From: Longimicrobiales bacterium | GTDB taxonomy: Bacteria; Gemmatimonadota; Gemmatimonadetes; Longimicrobiales; Gaopeijiaceae | Length of the DNA: 64,000 nt | Direction of reading: 5' to 3' | NCBI GenBank assembly: GCA_965226375.1 | Contig: CBDDCX010000008.1 | Location: forward strand, 896,001-960,000 | In this document: positions 18,248 through 28,869 of the stretch, one piece after another | How positions within the stretch are numbered: position 1 is the first letter of the stretch | Layout: the number at the start of each line of letters is the position of its first letter | Notes under the pieces: generated by a model | Told to the model about the DNA's origin: nothing | The model's input: only the letters and a program-made list of their open reading frames with translations | Databases searched by the model: none | Program-made: the position numbers and the translations under genes

Positions 18248-19072
18248 ATGCGTGGTTCATCGGTTTGTGTCGCGGCCTTGATGGTGCTTATGGGTTGTCA
18301 TGCACCCACCGGTCAGCCGGATTTTTCGGCTGTCTTCGACGGGTCGGGTGGGCGCTGGGTCGACCTCAGCTACGCGTACTCGCAGGAGACGATCTATTGG
18401 CCGACGGCGGATGGATTCCAACTGGAGGAAGTGGCTTACGGCGAGACGGAGGCCGGGTATTTCTACAGTTCCTACAACGTCTCGACCGCTGAGCATGGCG
18501 GCACACATCTGGACGCCCCCATCCACTTCTTTCGCGGCGGTATGGCTACGGACGAGATCCCTCTGAATCGGCTGATCGCTCCGGCCGTCGTGGTGGACGT
18601 GTCTTCCCAGGCGACCCCCGACTATCTGATCTCCACCGGCGATCTGGAGGCGTGGGAGGCCGAGCACGGCCGGATTCCCGACGGCTCCATACTGCTCCTC
18701 CGGACCGGATGGGGTGAGCGTTGGCCCGACCGTTTGCGCTATCTGGGTACGGAGCGAACGGGTCCCGACGCGGTGCCCGAACTCCACTTTCCCGGAATCC
18801 ACCCGGATGCGGCCCGTTGGATCACCGAGCAGCGTGAGGTCGCTGCGGTGGGTATCGACACGCCCAGCATCGACTATGGACAATCCACGGGCTTCGAGAC
18901 GCACGTGATTCTCTACGGCTCCAACACTCCTGGCTTCGAGAACGTAGCCAACCTGGGTGCGGTCCCCGAGACAGGGGCCTTTGTAGTCGCCCTTCCCATG
19001 AAGATCGCCGGTGGCAGCGGTGGCCCGCTACGTATTGTGGCGTTCGTTCCCTCCGCTTCGGACGGATCGTGA
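18248..19072 (+). CDS. Cyclase family (kynurenine formamidase-like) metallohydrolase, lipoprotein
   Basis: HGGTHLDAP, GIDTPSID, GGSGGPLRI; lipobox LMGC; GAGGAGG RBS. Confidence 0.88.
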   Translation: MRGSSVCVAALMVLMGCHAPTGQPDFSAVFDGSGGRWVDLSYAYSQETIYWPTADGFQLEEVAYGETEAGYFYSSYNVSTAEHGGTHLDAPIHFFRGGMATDEIPLNRLIAPAVVVDVSSQATPDYLISTGDLEAWEAEHGRIPDGSILLLRTGWGERWPDRLRYLGTERTGPDAVPELHFPGIHPDAARWITEQREVAAVGIDTPSIDYGQSTGFETHVILYGSNTPGFENVANLGAVPETGAFVVALPMKIAGGSGGPLRIVAFVPSASDGS

Positions 19073-19115
19073 TCTATCTTCAGGAGCAACGCACGCTACC
19101 GAAGGAGCTTACAAC

Positions 19116-19964
19116 GTGATCTCGCCGGGGAAGGGCCTGTCTCAAGTTCGTATCTCCCGGCTCGTCGATGGACGCCTTCTTGAACGCAAAGACGTCGTCG
19201 CCGTCGAGGAGCCTTTGGAGATTCGCGTGGAGTACACACGCGACGGGACTCGACAGATGTCGGCGATCTCCGTGACCATGCGTACCCCTGGGAGTGACTT
19301 CGAACTGGCCGCCGGTTTCCTGTCGGGCGAGCGAATTTTGCACCACCGAGACCAGATATCGGGAATCAACTATTGCCAAGGGGACGAGCCTCAGACGTAC
19401 AACATCGTTCAGGTCAGCCTGCGTCCGGAGACACCGTTCGATCCCGAGTCGCTCTCCAGGAACTTCTACATGACCTCGAGTTGTGGAGTATGTGGCAAGG
19501 CCTCCCTGGAAGCGGTGGAGGTCGGGGGATGTGAGCGTCTGCCCGACGAGGGACTGAAGGTGCCTGCCGAGGTGCTCACCGGTTTGCCAGAGATCCTACG
19601 GGCCGAGCAGGGCCTCTTCGACCGTACCGGGGGGATTCATGCCGCCGGGCGTTTCGACGAAACGGGGCGGCTAGTGTCCCTCAAAGAAGACGTCGGCCGG
19701 CACAACGCCGTCGACAAGATCGTCGGCGAGGCGTTCCTCGCGGGAGAGCTGCCTCTGGCCCGAACCGTCCTCGCGGTCTCGGGCCGTTCTTCCTTCGAGA
19801 TCATGCAGAAGGCCGTGGCAGCGGGCATTCCAATCGTCGCGGCGGTCGGTGCTCCGTCCAGCTTGGCCGTGGAGTTCGCACACAATTTCAACATGACCCT
19901 CCTCGGCTTCACTCGGGCAGAGGGCTTCAACATCTATGCGGGCTCGGAGCGTGTTGCGGGGTGA
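19116..19964 (+). CDS. fdhD: Formate dehydrogenase accessory sulfurtransferase
   Basis: EEPLEI, MRTPG, SSCGVCG, EDVGRHNAVDK, APSSLAV. Confidence 0.93.
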   Translation: MISPGKGLSQVRISRLVDGRLLERKDVVAVEEPLEIRVEYTRDGTRQMSAISVTMRTPGSDFELAAGFLSGERILHHRDQISGINYCQGDEPQTYNIVQVSLRPETPFDPESLSRNFYMTSSCGVCGKASLEAVEVGGCERLPDEGLKVPAEVLTGLPEILRAEQGLFDRTGGIHAAGRFDETGRLVSLKEDVGRHNAVDKIVGEAFLAGELPLARTVLAVSGRSSFEIMQKAVAAGIPIVAAVGAPSSLAVEFAHNFNMTLLGFTRAEGFNIYAGSERVAG

Positions 19965-20587
19965 GCGAGGCTGACGAGCTCTTCGGCGTCGTCCTAGCGG
20001 GAGGTGCGAGTCGCCGGTTCGGTCGTTCGAAAGCATTGGCCGAGATAGGCGGGGCGCCGTTGGCCGGACGGAGCGTGGACGCGTTGCGCTCGGCCGGCCT
20101 TCCCGTAGGCATCGTCAGCGCGGACGAGTCGGTCGGGACGACGCTGGGTGTTCCTTCGCGCCCGGACATCGAGCCGGGATTGGGCCCCCTGGGTGGTCTT
20201 TGGACCGCCCTGGAATGGGCGTGTGAGCGAGGCGAATCTGCGGTCTTTCTCCTCGGGTGTGACATGCCCCTGGTCAGCGCTGAGGTGATTCGGCTGATCA
20301 TCGGTCGGGCGGGACAGGCGCTCGCCGTGGCTCCGGTGGGTGCAGGCGGCCTCCAGCCGCTGTGCGCGCTCTACCGAACGGCCTGCCTACCGGAGGTCGA
20401 GAGGAGGATTCGCTCAGACGATCGCTCTCTACACGGGTTCCTTGCGGCCATGCAGGCTGAGCAGGTGAGTGAGCGCGAAGTCGCTGCCCTCGCGGACCCC
20501 GAGACGGTCTTCTGGAACGTCAACACCGAGGCCGACGGGGAGCGGGCGGCAGAGTTGCTCGCGGCGAATCCAAGGATCGGGCGATGA
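19961..20587 (+). CDS. mobA: Molybdenum cofactor guanylyltransferase
   Basis: VLAGGASRRFG..KAL, GPLGG, CDMP, NVNT. Confidence 0.9.
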   Translation: MSEADELFGVVLAGGASRRFGRSKALAEIGGAPLAGRSVDALRSAGLPVGIVSADESVGTTLGVPSRPDIEPGLGPLGGLWTALEWACERGESAVFLLGCDMPLVSAEVIRLIIGRAGQALAVAPVGAGGLQPLCALYRTACLPEVERRIRSDDRSLHGFLAAMQAEQVSEREVAALADPETVFWNVNTEADGERAAELLAANPRIGR

Positions 20588-21165
20588 CGGAGCGTCGACC
20601 CGAAGCCTCAGTTCAGCCGACGGGGGTTCAGCCGCCGGGGGTTCAGCCGCCCGTTGTGAGCGTGATCGGCTTCAAGGACAGCGGCAAGACCTCGGTGGCC
20701 GTCGGACTGGTCGCGGCGCTGGAACGACGCGGGCGCAGGGTCATGGTCGTCAAACACGGCCACGGCTTCACGATCGACACACCCGGTACCGACTCATGGC
20801 GACTCCGCCACGAGGGTCGGGCAGCCCGTGTGGTGCTGGCCGGTCCCGACGACCTGGTGGTGATGGGGGAGTGGGGGCCCGAGGGTGAACCCCCACTCGA
20901 AGAGGTGGTGAGCCGTTTCGTTTCCGATGCCGAGATCGTCGTGGTGGAAGGCTACAAGGAGGCTTCCGTTCCCAAGATCGAGGTTCACCGGCCCGAAGCG
21001 CATCCCCGGCCTATCTACCGTGCCGATGGAGATGGGGCGGAGTTCTACTTGGCCCTGGTGACCGACGCGGTCGGCCTCGAGTTACCGATCCCCGTGCTGG
21101 ACTTGAATGCGCCGGACCTATCTGAGCGTCTGGCCGACCTGGTAGAAGCTTCTCTGCTCGCTTAG
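20584..21165 (+). CDS. mobB: Molybdopterin-guanine dinucleotide biosynthesis protein B
   Basis: GFKDSGKT, VKHGH, DSWR, VEGYK; 15-bp tandem repeat (VQPTG/VQPPG) at the N-terminus. Confidence 0.9.
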   Translation: MTERRPEASVQPTGVQPPGVQPPVVSVIGFKDSGKTSVAVGLVAALERRGRRVMVVKHGHGFTIDTPGTDSWRLRHEGRAARVVLAGPDDLVVMGEWGPEGEPPLEEVVSRFVSDAEIVVVEGYKEASVPKIEVHRPEAHPRPIYRADGDGAEFYLALVTDAVGLELPIPVLDLNAPDLSERLADLVEASLLA

Positions 21166-21194
21166 AGTCGGGCCGAAACACCTCTGACAGAACA

Positions 21195-22268
21195 CTAGGC
21201 CATCGGGCGCGACCCGATGTCAGGGTGCGCCAGCATGAAGTCCACCAAGCGGGGGAGGTATTCGTCGAACCGGGGGGGTCGTAGACCGCTCCCCTCCAGA
21301 GCCTTTTCGGTGGACGCGGTCTAGTAGAGCGTGGGGTGCGTGAAGTAACCCAGGGCTCCGGACGGAATGCCGGTCCAGCGTTTGACCCCGGGCACCCGGA
21401 GGGTTGCCCAGTCCGCCAACCGGTGGGGAAGGCGCACTCGCACAATTCGTCGGTCGGTGAGACGCCCCATGAGGTCGATCACTTCGTGAGCAGTGTATGG
21501 AGCAGGATCCGCAAGATGAAACGTGCTCCCCAGGGTGTCTGGTCGGGCGGACAGGTAGTCGATGGCCTTCGTGACGAAGTCTCGAGGTACGAAGTTGACC
21601 CGCGCCCCGCCGCCGCCCAGAACGGGCACAAGGGCGATTTTTCTCTGCCTCAAGATCAGCCTCAGCACGAAGTAGGGTCCGTCATACTTTTGGGTCGCTC
21701 CCGAGTCGGAATCTCCGACCACGGATGCCGGTCGGTAAATAGTCACAGGACCTCCGCCAACGGCCCACGCGCGCACCGCATCTTCCGCCATGAACTTGGA
21801 TTCTTCGTAGACGTTGTTGAAGGACTGGCCGACGTCTAGGTCCGCCTCATGGAACACTCCGGGGTGCCTGCCACTCACATAACACGTGCTCACGTAGTTC
21901 GCGCGTCGTAGGTTCGTGCATTCGTCCAAGAGCCGGAGCACGTTTCGCGTGCCCGTGACGTTGACCGAGAGGGCCCGGCTCCGTGGCATATCGAGATCGT
22001 AGATCGCTGCTAGGTGAAAAGCGTGATCCACGGAGACGAGCCATTGGGGTGAGCCGAGCCCGAGACCGGGTCGGGTGATGTCTCCCTCGACCAATTGGAC
22101 GCGCTCAGAGATCTCCGGGCCGAGTTCTTGCAAAGCACGTTGGGCCGCGGGGCTGAACGCAGGTTGGAAAAGACAGTGGGCCCGGGCCTCGATATGCCGG
22201 GTCAGAAGTCGCGACAGAAGCTTGCTTCCCAGGAATCCGGGGAACCCGGTGAAGAGGATATGCTCCAT
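21195..22268 (-). pseudogene. Extended SDR (NAD_binding_4 / male-sterility type) with internal TAG
   Basis: TGFPGFLG, HLAAIYD, YEESK, YRPASVVG; frame continues 41 codons past TAG at 21321-21323. Confidence 0.8.
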
Positions 22269-22330
22269 GAGTCGAAGGATATCCCGTAGTGCGTGCTCGG
22301 GCACCAGGTGGCAACGGCAGAGGAGCGTCG

Positions 22331-24127
22331 ATGCCCTCTAGCGGCGAGCCACGGGTAGGCCGGTCCGGATGGATACTCTCCTTGGGAGTGTCCTTTGTGG
22401 CGCTGCTGTCCCTCGCCTTGATGCCGTGGTTTCTCGAGCGGCAGCAGGCCGACCTCGCCCGAGATATAGACGTCTTCTCCGAGGCACGGCCACTCATCCC
22501 CGAGATCGCCCTCTCCCACTCCAATCAGATGATGCGTGTGGAGCAGTACGTGGCCTCGGGCGACTCGACGTTCCTGGGACTTTACCGCGAGGACCTCGAA
22601 AAGGAAGCCTTGCGACTGGATGAGCTGGAGCAGGTGATCGGCGAGATGCCGTCCGCGTTCTCCTACCTGAGGGAGCTCACTCAGCTCGAGATGCGGATCA
22701 GCGATTGGCAAGTGCTGCACGCACCTCTCATGGAAGGTGGAGTGATCGGCATTAGTCCCGAGGAATTCGGAGAGAGATTGGGGGACGATCGGGCGCGCTA
22801 TGAAGCCGTGCGCTCTGACACCCGGGCGTTCGAAGACCGCCTGATCCGTGACGCGGCATCGGCATCGATACGGTGGGATCGGCAGGCTCTCATCCAGCTC
22901 TGGGTCACCGTCGGCACCATCGCCCTGGCGGTCGTGGGAGCGCTAGCGATGGGCATGGTGGGCTACCGGCTGCAAGAGCTGGTTCAGAACGAGACCCGGC
23001 GACGCCAGGAGACGGTGGCGGCCCGTCGCGGACTCCGTGCGGTCCTAGGAGGGACCGGTGATGTGCTCGTGGGTCTCGATCTGGATGGCCGTTGCACGTT
23101 TCTGAACGAGGCCGGCGCCGAGCTGTTGGGATATTCTCCCAGAGAACTACGGGGTCAGTTGGTCCATCCACTGATCCATCATACGCGACCCGACGGCACC
23201 CCTCACCCGGCAGACGAATGCCCCGTGCGCACGTCGCTCGCAACCGGTGAGACGATCCGTGTTCTCGACGATGTCGTCTGGCGCAAGGACGGGTCCTCGT
23301 TCCCTGTACAACTCAGCGTGAGCCCGATGAAGGATGGCCTCGAGGTTGGAGGCGTCGTGTTGACCGTCACCGACATGACGGAGATGCGCGAGGCTGAGCA
23401 GGCGTTGCGCGCGGCCGTCCGGGCCCGAGACGAAGTCCTGGCCGTGGTCTCGCACGATCTGAGGAACCCCGTGGGAACGATCGCCGCCGCCGCCGAGCTT
23501 TTGGCCGATGTCCCGCTACCGGCCGAGGCGCGCAGCGAGCACCTCGAAATCATCCACCGGGCCGCGCACCGTATCAACCGCCTGATCCAAGATCTCCTGG
23601 ATGTCGCTCAGATCGAAGCGGGGCAACTCTCCGTTTGGCAGAAGCCCGTGGAGACTGGTGAGATGCTCGACGAGGCCGTTGCGTCGGCGCGGGCACGGGC
23701 GGATGAAGAAGCCGTGCGCCTACGTGCCGAGATCGAGCCGGGGCTCCCGCAAGTGGAAGCGGATCGTGATCGGATCCTCCAGGTAATGTCGAACCTTATC
23801 GTGAACGCTCTGAAGTTCACCCCGGAGGGCGGGGACGTGATCGTCACGGCTTCGGGTTCCGATGGAGGGGTGCTTGTGGCGGTGAGCGATACGGGCCCCG
23901 GGATCGAGACCGAGATGCGCGAGCACCTGTTCGACCGTTTCTGGAAGGGCCATCGCACCGCTGGAGGGGGTGCCGGCCTAGGCCTCGCGATCGTGGAGGG
24001 TATCCTGGCGGCCCACGGTACCCGAGTTCAGGTCGAGACCGAGGTAGGGGAGGGGAGCAGGTTCTCCTTCGTGCTACCGCTCCTGAACCCGAGTGCCTCA
24101 CAGGAGTTGCGCACCACCGAGGCGTAG
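22331..24127 (+). CDS. Membrane PAS-domain sensor histidine kinase
   Basis: Two TM helices, PAS/PAC, SHDLRNP H-box, NALKFT, DTGPGI, GLGLAI. Confidence 0.92.
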   Translation: MPSSGEPRVGRSGWILSLGVSFVALLSLALMPWFLERQQADLARDIDVFSEARPLIPEIALSHSNQMMRVEQYVASGDSTFLGLYREDLEKEALRLDELEQVIGEMPSAFSYLRELTQLEMRISDWQVLHAPLMEGGVIGISPEEFGERLGDDRARYEAVRSDTRAFEDRLIRDAASASIRWDRQALIQLWVTVGTIALAVVGALAMGMVGYRLQELVQNETRRRQETVAARRGLRAVLGGTGDVLVGLDLDGRCTFLNEAGAELLGYSPRELRGQLVHPLIHHTRPDGTPHPADECPVRTSLATGETIRVLDDVVWRKDGSSFPVQLSVSPMKDGLEVGGVVLTVTDMTEMREAEQALRAAVRARDEVLAVVSHDLRNPVGTIAAAAELLADVPLPAEARSEHLEIIHRAAHRINRLIQDLLDVAQIEAGQLSVWQKPVETGEMLDEAVASARARADEEAVRLRAEIEPGLPQVEADRDRILQVMSNLIVNALKFTPEGGDVIVTASGSDGGVLVAVSDTGPGIETEMREHLFDRFWKGHRTAGGGAGLGLAIVEGILAAHGTRVQVETEVGEGSRFSFVLPLLNPSASQELRTTEA

Positions 24128-25194
24128 TCCGGGTCCAGAGTCAGTCGAACGTCATCACCGGCCGTATAGGGCTGGTTGGTCGGCAGCTGCACGGTGAGCG
24201 TCCGGTGCCCGCCAGCGCTGGTGGGAATCTCCACTTCGGCCTCTACGTTGCTTCCCGTAAAGGTCGTGGATGTGATCTTACCGTGGAGCATCCCGTGCTC
24301 AGAAGGCTCGAAGCCCTCGGGCCTTACGGCGACCATCACCGGCGCACCGTCCGGTAGGCCGGAACGGTCGACGCGACAAAAGGACCCGAAGTCGGTAAGC
24401 ACACACCCGTCGACGCCCTGAATCAGGCCCTTCAACAGGTTGGTCCGACCCACGAAGGTCGCCACGAAGATGGACTCCGGATGCTTGTAGATCTCCTGCG
24501 GGGTCCCGATCTGCTCCATACGCCCCTGGTTCATGACCGCGACCCGATCCGAGATGGCCAGAGCGTCCCGCTGGTCATGGCTCACGAGCACACAGGTGAT
24601 GCCGGCGGCGCGGAGGCTCCCCACGACCTCGTCCCGCACGTTGTCGCGCAGGTGGGCATCGAGATTGCTGAAGGGCTCATCCATGAGCACGACGACGGGC
24701 TCCGGGGCGATGGCTCTCGCCAGAGCAACGCGCTGCTGCTGTCCGCCGGAAAGCTCGTGCGGATACCGGTCGAAATGATGGGATAGGTCCAGGAGTCGGA
24801 GCACGTCACGAGCACGTTGGGGCCGGTCGGACGCGCGACGGCCGTGCAGTCCGAACATGACGTTGTCTCCCACGGTGAGGTGGGGAAAGAGCGCATAATC
24901 CTGAAAGACCATTCCGACGCCGCGATTCTCCGGCGGGACCCAACAGCCGTTGCCCGACACTGACCGGTCGAGAATCCTGACCTCGCCCTGGTCGGGCGCC
25001 TCGAAGCCCGCGATGAGCCGGAGTGTGGTCGTCTTTCCACATCCGCTCGGGCCCAGGAGCGTGAGAATCTCGCCTTGGCGTACGTCTATCGACACATCGA
25101 CCAGGGCCTTGACGGGGCCCGGCCAATATCGCTTGCTCACGTTGTTGAGGTCGATGACCGGCATGGTGCGATCGCGGTTGAGAATCGTTTTCAA
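24028..25194 (-). CDS. ABC transporter ATP-binding protein (FbpC/PotA-like, TOBE domain)
   Basis: GPSGCGKTT, VFQDYALFPH, LSGGQQQR, DEPFSNLD; start may be ATG at 25164. Confidence 0.9.
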   Translation of the reverse strand: MKTILNRDRTMPVIDLNNVSKRYWPGPVKALVDVSIDVRQGEILTLLGPSGCGKTTTLRLIAGFEAPDQGEVRILDRSVSGNGCWVPPENRGVGMVFQDYALFPHLTVGDNVMFGLHGRRASDRPQRARDVLRLLDLSHHFDRYPHELSGGQQQRVALARAIAPEPVVVLMDEPFSNLDAHLRDNVRDEVVGSLRAAGITCVLVSHDQRDALAISDRVAVMNQGRMEQIGTPQEIYKHPESIFVATFVGRTNLLKGLIQGVDGCVLTDFGSFCRVDRSGLPDGAPVMVAVRPEGFEPSEHGMLHGKITSTTFTGSNVEAEVEIPTSAGGHRTLTVQLPTNQPYTAGDDVRLTLDPDYASVVRNSCEALGFRSGSTKENLLPSPTSVST

Positions 25195-25301
25195 CTCCTA
25201 TCGATGGTAGCGGATCTGGGGCGGGAGTTCAACGAGGCGGCGCCAGAAGTGTGCGTGCGCTCTCGACCGGATCGGGCCCGTGGCTACCGGATTCACCCCG
25301 C

Positions 25302-26972
25302 TCAGTGCGAGGGAACTTCGTGCTCGGCGGCCAGGGTGTGGTAGTCCTCTAGTTCTTGCGTCCTACGGTCCACACTCCACTCGAGCTCTGCGGCCATGAT
25401 GTCAGCCGCGGCTTCGGCCGCCGCGAGCCCGAAGTTCTCGCTGAACAGAAGCAGGGCCGCCCGTCGGTCCATAAAGTCCGTGAGCGTCCGGGCCATCTCA
25501 TTGGTCACCGCGTTCCGGGCCTCGGCTCTGATCGCAGGTACGTCTGGATGAAGCGGCCTCAGCCATGATGGGTCATCGACCGCCAAGGCGATGAAGTCGT
25601 CCAGCTGTCTGCCGTAGAGCCAGCAGAGGCGCTCGACGGTCGCCGGCGCGACGCCCATTTCCGCAAGGCTCCGACCACGGGCCGCGTGGAACGCCTGCAT
25701 CCCCTCGGGTCCCACTTCCGCCCCTGGGAGCGGCACGGTCGCGGTACGCTCCGGCAGCCCCGGGGCCGGGCCCAGCTCGGCGTCGGCAATCGCAAGAATC
25801 CTGTGAGCCATAGTCCGGTACGTGGTGAGCTTGCCACCCGCGATGCTGATCAACCCGGGAGGCGAGTGCCACACCGCGTCCTCGCGTGAGGTGTTGCGCG
25901 TGCTCTTTCCTTTCTCCCGGATGAGAGGCCTCACGCCAGCCCATGTCGCCAGCACGTCGTCCCCGGTGAGGTGCTGGTCGGGGAAGCAATCCTGGACCAT
26001 ACCGAGAACCTCGTTCACGTCGGCGCTCGTGGCGCGCGGCTGGTCCAACGGGCCGTCGTACTCCGTGTCTGTCGTACCCACGTAGACGTAGTTCAAGCGC
26101 CGCATGGCGAGTCCGCGCTTGCCGTTGGTGGCCCGAAGGAACGTCGCCCCAGATATGGGAAGTCGATCGGCACGAAGCAGAATGTGGATGCCCTTGCTGG
26201 GAACGAGCGGGTGCTGGGTCTCGATCCCTCCCGCGGTCAGCACCTCCTCGCACCACACCCCGGTGGCGTTCACGGTCACGCGGGCCGAAACGTTCACGAC
26301 CGTGCCTTCCAGCGTGTCCGTCACCTGGCACCCCATCACCCGGCCATCCTTCATCTTCAGTGGGCCGGCCCGGGCGTGATTGACGACCAGTGCTCCGTAC
26401 TGGGCGGCGGACTGCGCGTTCTCCAGGGTGAGGCGGGCGTCGTCGGTGATGTACTCGAGATAGCGTACCCCTCCTTTGAGTCGCTCCCGGAGTCCGGGAA
26501 GCTGCTGGCGCACCTCTTCGGGAGAGAGGTTGGTGTGCTTGTCTTTTCCGTCGGTGCTTGCCAGGTAGTCGAAGACGGCCAGCCCGGCTCGGATCTTCAT
26601 GAGACTCTCGCCCTCAAAGACCGGATACATGAACGCCAGGGGGTGCACGAGATGCGGGGCGATGGTGCGGAGAACTTCCCGCTCCTGTGCCGCCTCTTTC
26701 ACGAGAAGGAAGTGTCCGTACTCCAGATAGCGCACCCCTCCGTGCACGATCTTCGAGGAGCGACTCGAAGTTCCGAACCCGAAGTCCTCTTTCTCTACGA
26801 GCCCGACCTTCCAACCCCGCAGTGCCGCATCACGAGCGATTCCACAGCCGGTGATGCCACCGCCGATGATCAGAAGATCGAGGCGCTCTCGGCCCAGATT
26901 GACGAGGGCCTCCCGACGTCCTGAAGAGCCGGAAAAGGGGGAGGAGGACATCAGGCGATGATCGTCAGGCAC
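25302..26972 (-). CDS. glpD: FAD-dependent glycerol-3-phosphate dehydrogenase
   Basis: IIGGGITG, GTSSRSSKIVHGGVRYL, DDARL, GVRPL, GGKLTTYR. Confidence 0.9.
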   Translation of the reverse strand: MPDDHRLMSSSPFSGSSGRREALVNLGRERLDLLIIGGGITGCGIARDAALRGWKVGLVEKEDFGFGTSSRSSKIVHGGVRYLEYGHFLLVKEAAQEREVLRTIAPHLVHPLAFMYPVFEGESLMKIRAGLAVFDYLASTDGKDKHTNLSPEEVRQQLPGLRERLKGGVRYLEYITDDARLTLENAQSAAQYGALVVNHARAGPLKMKDGRVMGCQVTDTLEGTVVNVSARVTVNATGVWCEEVLTAGGIETQHPLVPSKGIHILLRADRLPISGATFLRATNGKRGLAMRRLNYVYVGTTDTEYDGPLDQPRATSADVNEVLGMVQDCFPDQHLTGDDVLATWAGVRPLIREKGKSTRNTSREDAVWHSPPGLISIAGGKLTTYRTMAHRILAIADAELGPAPGLPERTATVPLPGAEVGPEGMQAFHAARGRSLAEMGVAPATVERLCWLYGRQLDDFIALAVDDPSWLRPLHPDVPAIRAEARNAVTNEMARTLTDFMDRRAALLLFSENFGLAAAEAAADIMAAELEWSVDRRTQELEDYHTLAAEHEVPSH

Positions 26973-27777
26973 CGGCCCAGGCGAGGAGTGTCTCGACCTG
27001 GTCCGTCGTGAAACGTGTGACTCCCCCGTCTGCCAGGCGGGTCGCCTCTGCCGGATCGTTGACCGTCCATACAGCCACGTCGATTCCGGCCTCTCTCGCC
27101 CGCGCGACGGTCGAAGGATCTTCGAGGGCCAGGTCGTGATTCAGGTCGAGGATGGCCCTCGGGTCGTCTTCGGCCCGCTCCAACCCCTCGTCGAAACGAT
27201 CCGCGGTGTCGACGATGAATCCGATGGCCAGGGCCGGCTCCTGGCCGCGAATACGATCCAAGATGTTCCAGTCCATACTGATAAAGGTAGTCAGTTCTAG
27301 CAGACCGGCCTCGCGCACCAGTCGGACCATGCGGTCCAGGTCCTCGAGCTCTCGGAACCCCTTTACCTCGGGATAGATGCGATCGACACGGCCCTTGAGC
27401 GCCTCCAGCGCCTCTGCCAGAGACGGTACCTTCTCTCCCGCGAACGCGGCCGAGAACCACTTGCCCGCGTCCATTGCCTGCAGTTGTCCCAGCGTTCGGC
27501 GTCGGACCGGCCCCACTCCGTTGGTGGTGCGGCCGAGGTTCACGTCGTGGAACAGTACCGGCGTCCCGCATAAGGCTACATGCAGGTCGAACTCGACGGC
27601 GCGGGCGCCGGCGGTCAGCGCCGCCTCGAGGGAAGCCAGGGTGTTCTCGGGTGCAACGGCGGAGTAGCCGCGGTGACCGATGATCTCGAGTCCAGGAGCC
27701 GCGCCGGCGTCTCCGGATTCTGGCCCTGCTGGTGCCTCTGAGCCTCTCGAATCAGGCTCGAAGGCACCTTCCAGCAT
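26965..27777 (-). CDS. Glycerophosphodiester phosphodiesterase
   Basis: IGHRG, PENTL, VEFD, HD, WTVND. Confidence 0.9.
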   Translation of the reverse strand: MLEGAFEPDSRGSEAPAGPESGDAGAAPGLEIIGHRGYSAVAPENTLASLEAALTAGARAVEFDLHVALCGTPVLFHDVNLGRTTNGVGPVRRRTLGQLQAMDAGKWFSAAFAGEKVPSLAEALEALKGRVDRIYPEVKGFRELEDLDRMVRLVREAGLLELTTFISMDWNILDRIRGQEPALAIGFIVDTADRFDEGLERAEDDPRAILDLNHDLALEDPSTVARAREAGIDVAVWTVNDPAEATRLADGGVTRFTTDQVETLLAWAGA

Positions 27778-27778
27778 G

Positions 27779-28129
27779 TTATTCTCCCGCGCCCCCGGAG
27801 GGCAACCGAGCCGGATCCTTCGGCGATGACCGTAACTCCTGTTGGAACTCGCCCATCTCTACCAGCCGATGGACGTTCGATTCGATGGACTCGATCTGCT
27901 GCTCCATGAGCGCCATTCTTCGCTCCAAAATGGACACGGCCTCATCACTGCCGCGCCCTTCGAAGAGGCGACTCAAGGCCTCCACAGTCGGCTTGAGTGC
28001 AACCCTGGCCGTGATCCCCAGCACCGGAATGAGCACGACGGCGATTCCCATGAAGACGGCCAGGAGCGCCGTCAGGTCAATGGGCATGATCGGTGGACCC
28101 TGGAGAAGGACCGGTGACGCGAATAGCAT
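27779..28129 (-). CDS. Small single-TM coiled-coil hypothetical protein
   Basis: TM helix followed by LERRMALMEQQIESIE coiled coil. Confidence 0.65.
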   Translation of the reverse strand: MLFASPVLLQGPPIMPIDLTALLAVFMGIAVVLIPVLGITARVALKPTVEALSRLFEGRGSDEAVSILERRMALMEQQIESIESNVHRLVEMGEFQQELRSSPKDPARLPSGGAGE

Positions 28130-28279
28130 GAGTGACCTCTACGCCGTACGAGTTATCATCAGCAGGTGTCGAATGGATGGACCTGGCTCACCGCCGACGC
28201 AAGGCGGTGGCGTTCCAACCCCCAGGGGGTGGGAGATGTCCAAGTGTTTGGAAGAGAAACCCCGAACCGGTAGTGAGAG

Positions 28280-28822
28280 TTGAGCAACTTGGCCGCGCGA
28301 GCCACGATGAAGGTTGAGGGTAACGACGTAACCTTGGCCGCGAACGGAGATCCGGCCGCTTTCGAGCGACTGTATCACACGAGCGTGTCCAGGATTCACA
28401 GCCTTGCTCGGCGGATGGCGGGGGACGATGTCGCGGATGATCTGACGCAGGAGGTCTTCATCCGTGCCTGGCAGAAATTACCGACGTTCAGAGGTGAATC
28501 GGCCTTCGGGACCTGGCTGCACCGGCTGCCGGTGAACTTGATCCTGACGCGGAGGGAGAGCCTCCGGAAGCGGGAGTCGAGGCAGGGCGGGGGGCAGGAA
28601 ATGCTGGAGCGCATGTCAGGGCGGCAGGGCATACCCGGATTCGGCCTGGATTTCGACAGGGCGGTCGGGGGGCTACCCGAGGGGGCGAGAGAGGTGTTCG
28701 TTCTCTACGACGTGGAAGGATACAGCCATCAGGAAATCGCGACGCGCATGGGGATCAGCACCGGGACCTCGAAGTCCCAACTCCACCGCGCTCGCATGAT
28801 GCTGCGGAAATTTTTGGATTGA
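28280..28822 (+). CDS. ECF sigma-70 factor
   Basis: DDLTQEVFIRAW, FRGESAFGTWL, region 4 EIA...GTSKSQLHRAR. Confidence 0.92.
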   Translation: MSNLAARATMKVEGNDVTLAANGDPAAFERLYHTSVSRIHSLARRMAGDDVADDLTQEVFIRAWQKLPTFRGESAFGTWLHRLPVNLILTRRESLRKRESRQGGGQEMLERMSGRQGIPGFGLDFDRAVGGLPEGAREVFVLYDVEGYSHQEIATRMGISTGTSKSQLHRARMMLRKFLD

Positions 28823-28869
28823 TGACGAAGGGGATCAGGGCACGGTAAGCCGACCCAAGGAAGAGACCC

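Noticed and set aside
8864..21323. Stop-codon reassignment suggested by internal TAG/TGA/TAA
   Set aside because: All three stop types appear as lesions, and intact genes end normally in TAG (ftsA, recG) and TGA (ftsZ); no pyl or sel genes are visible
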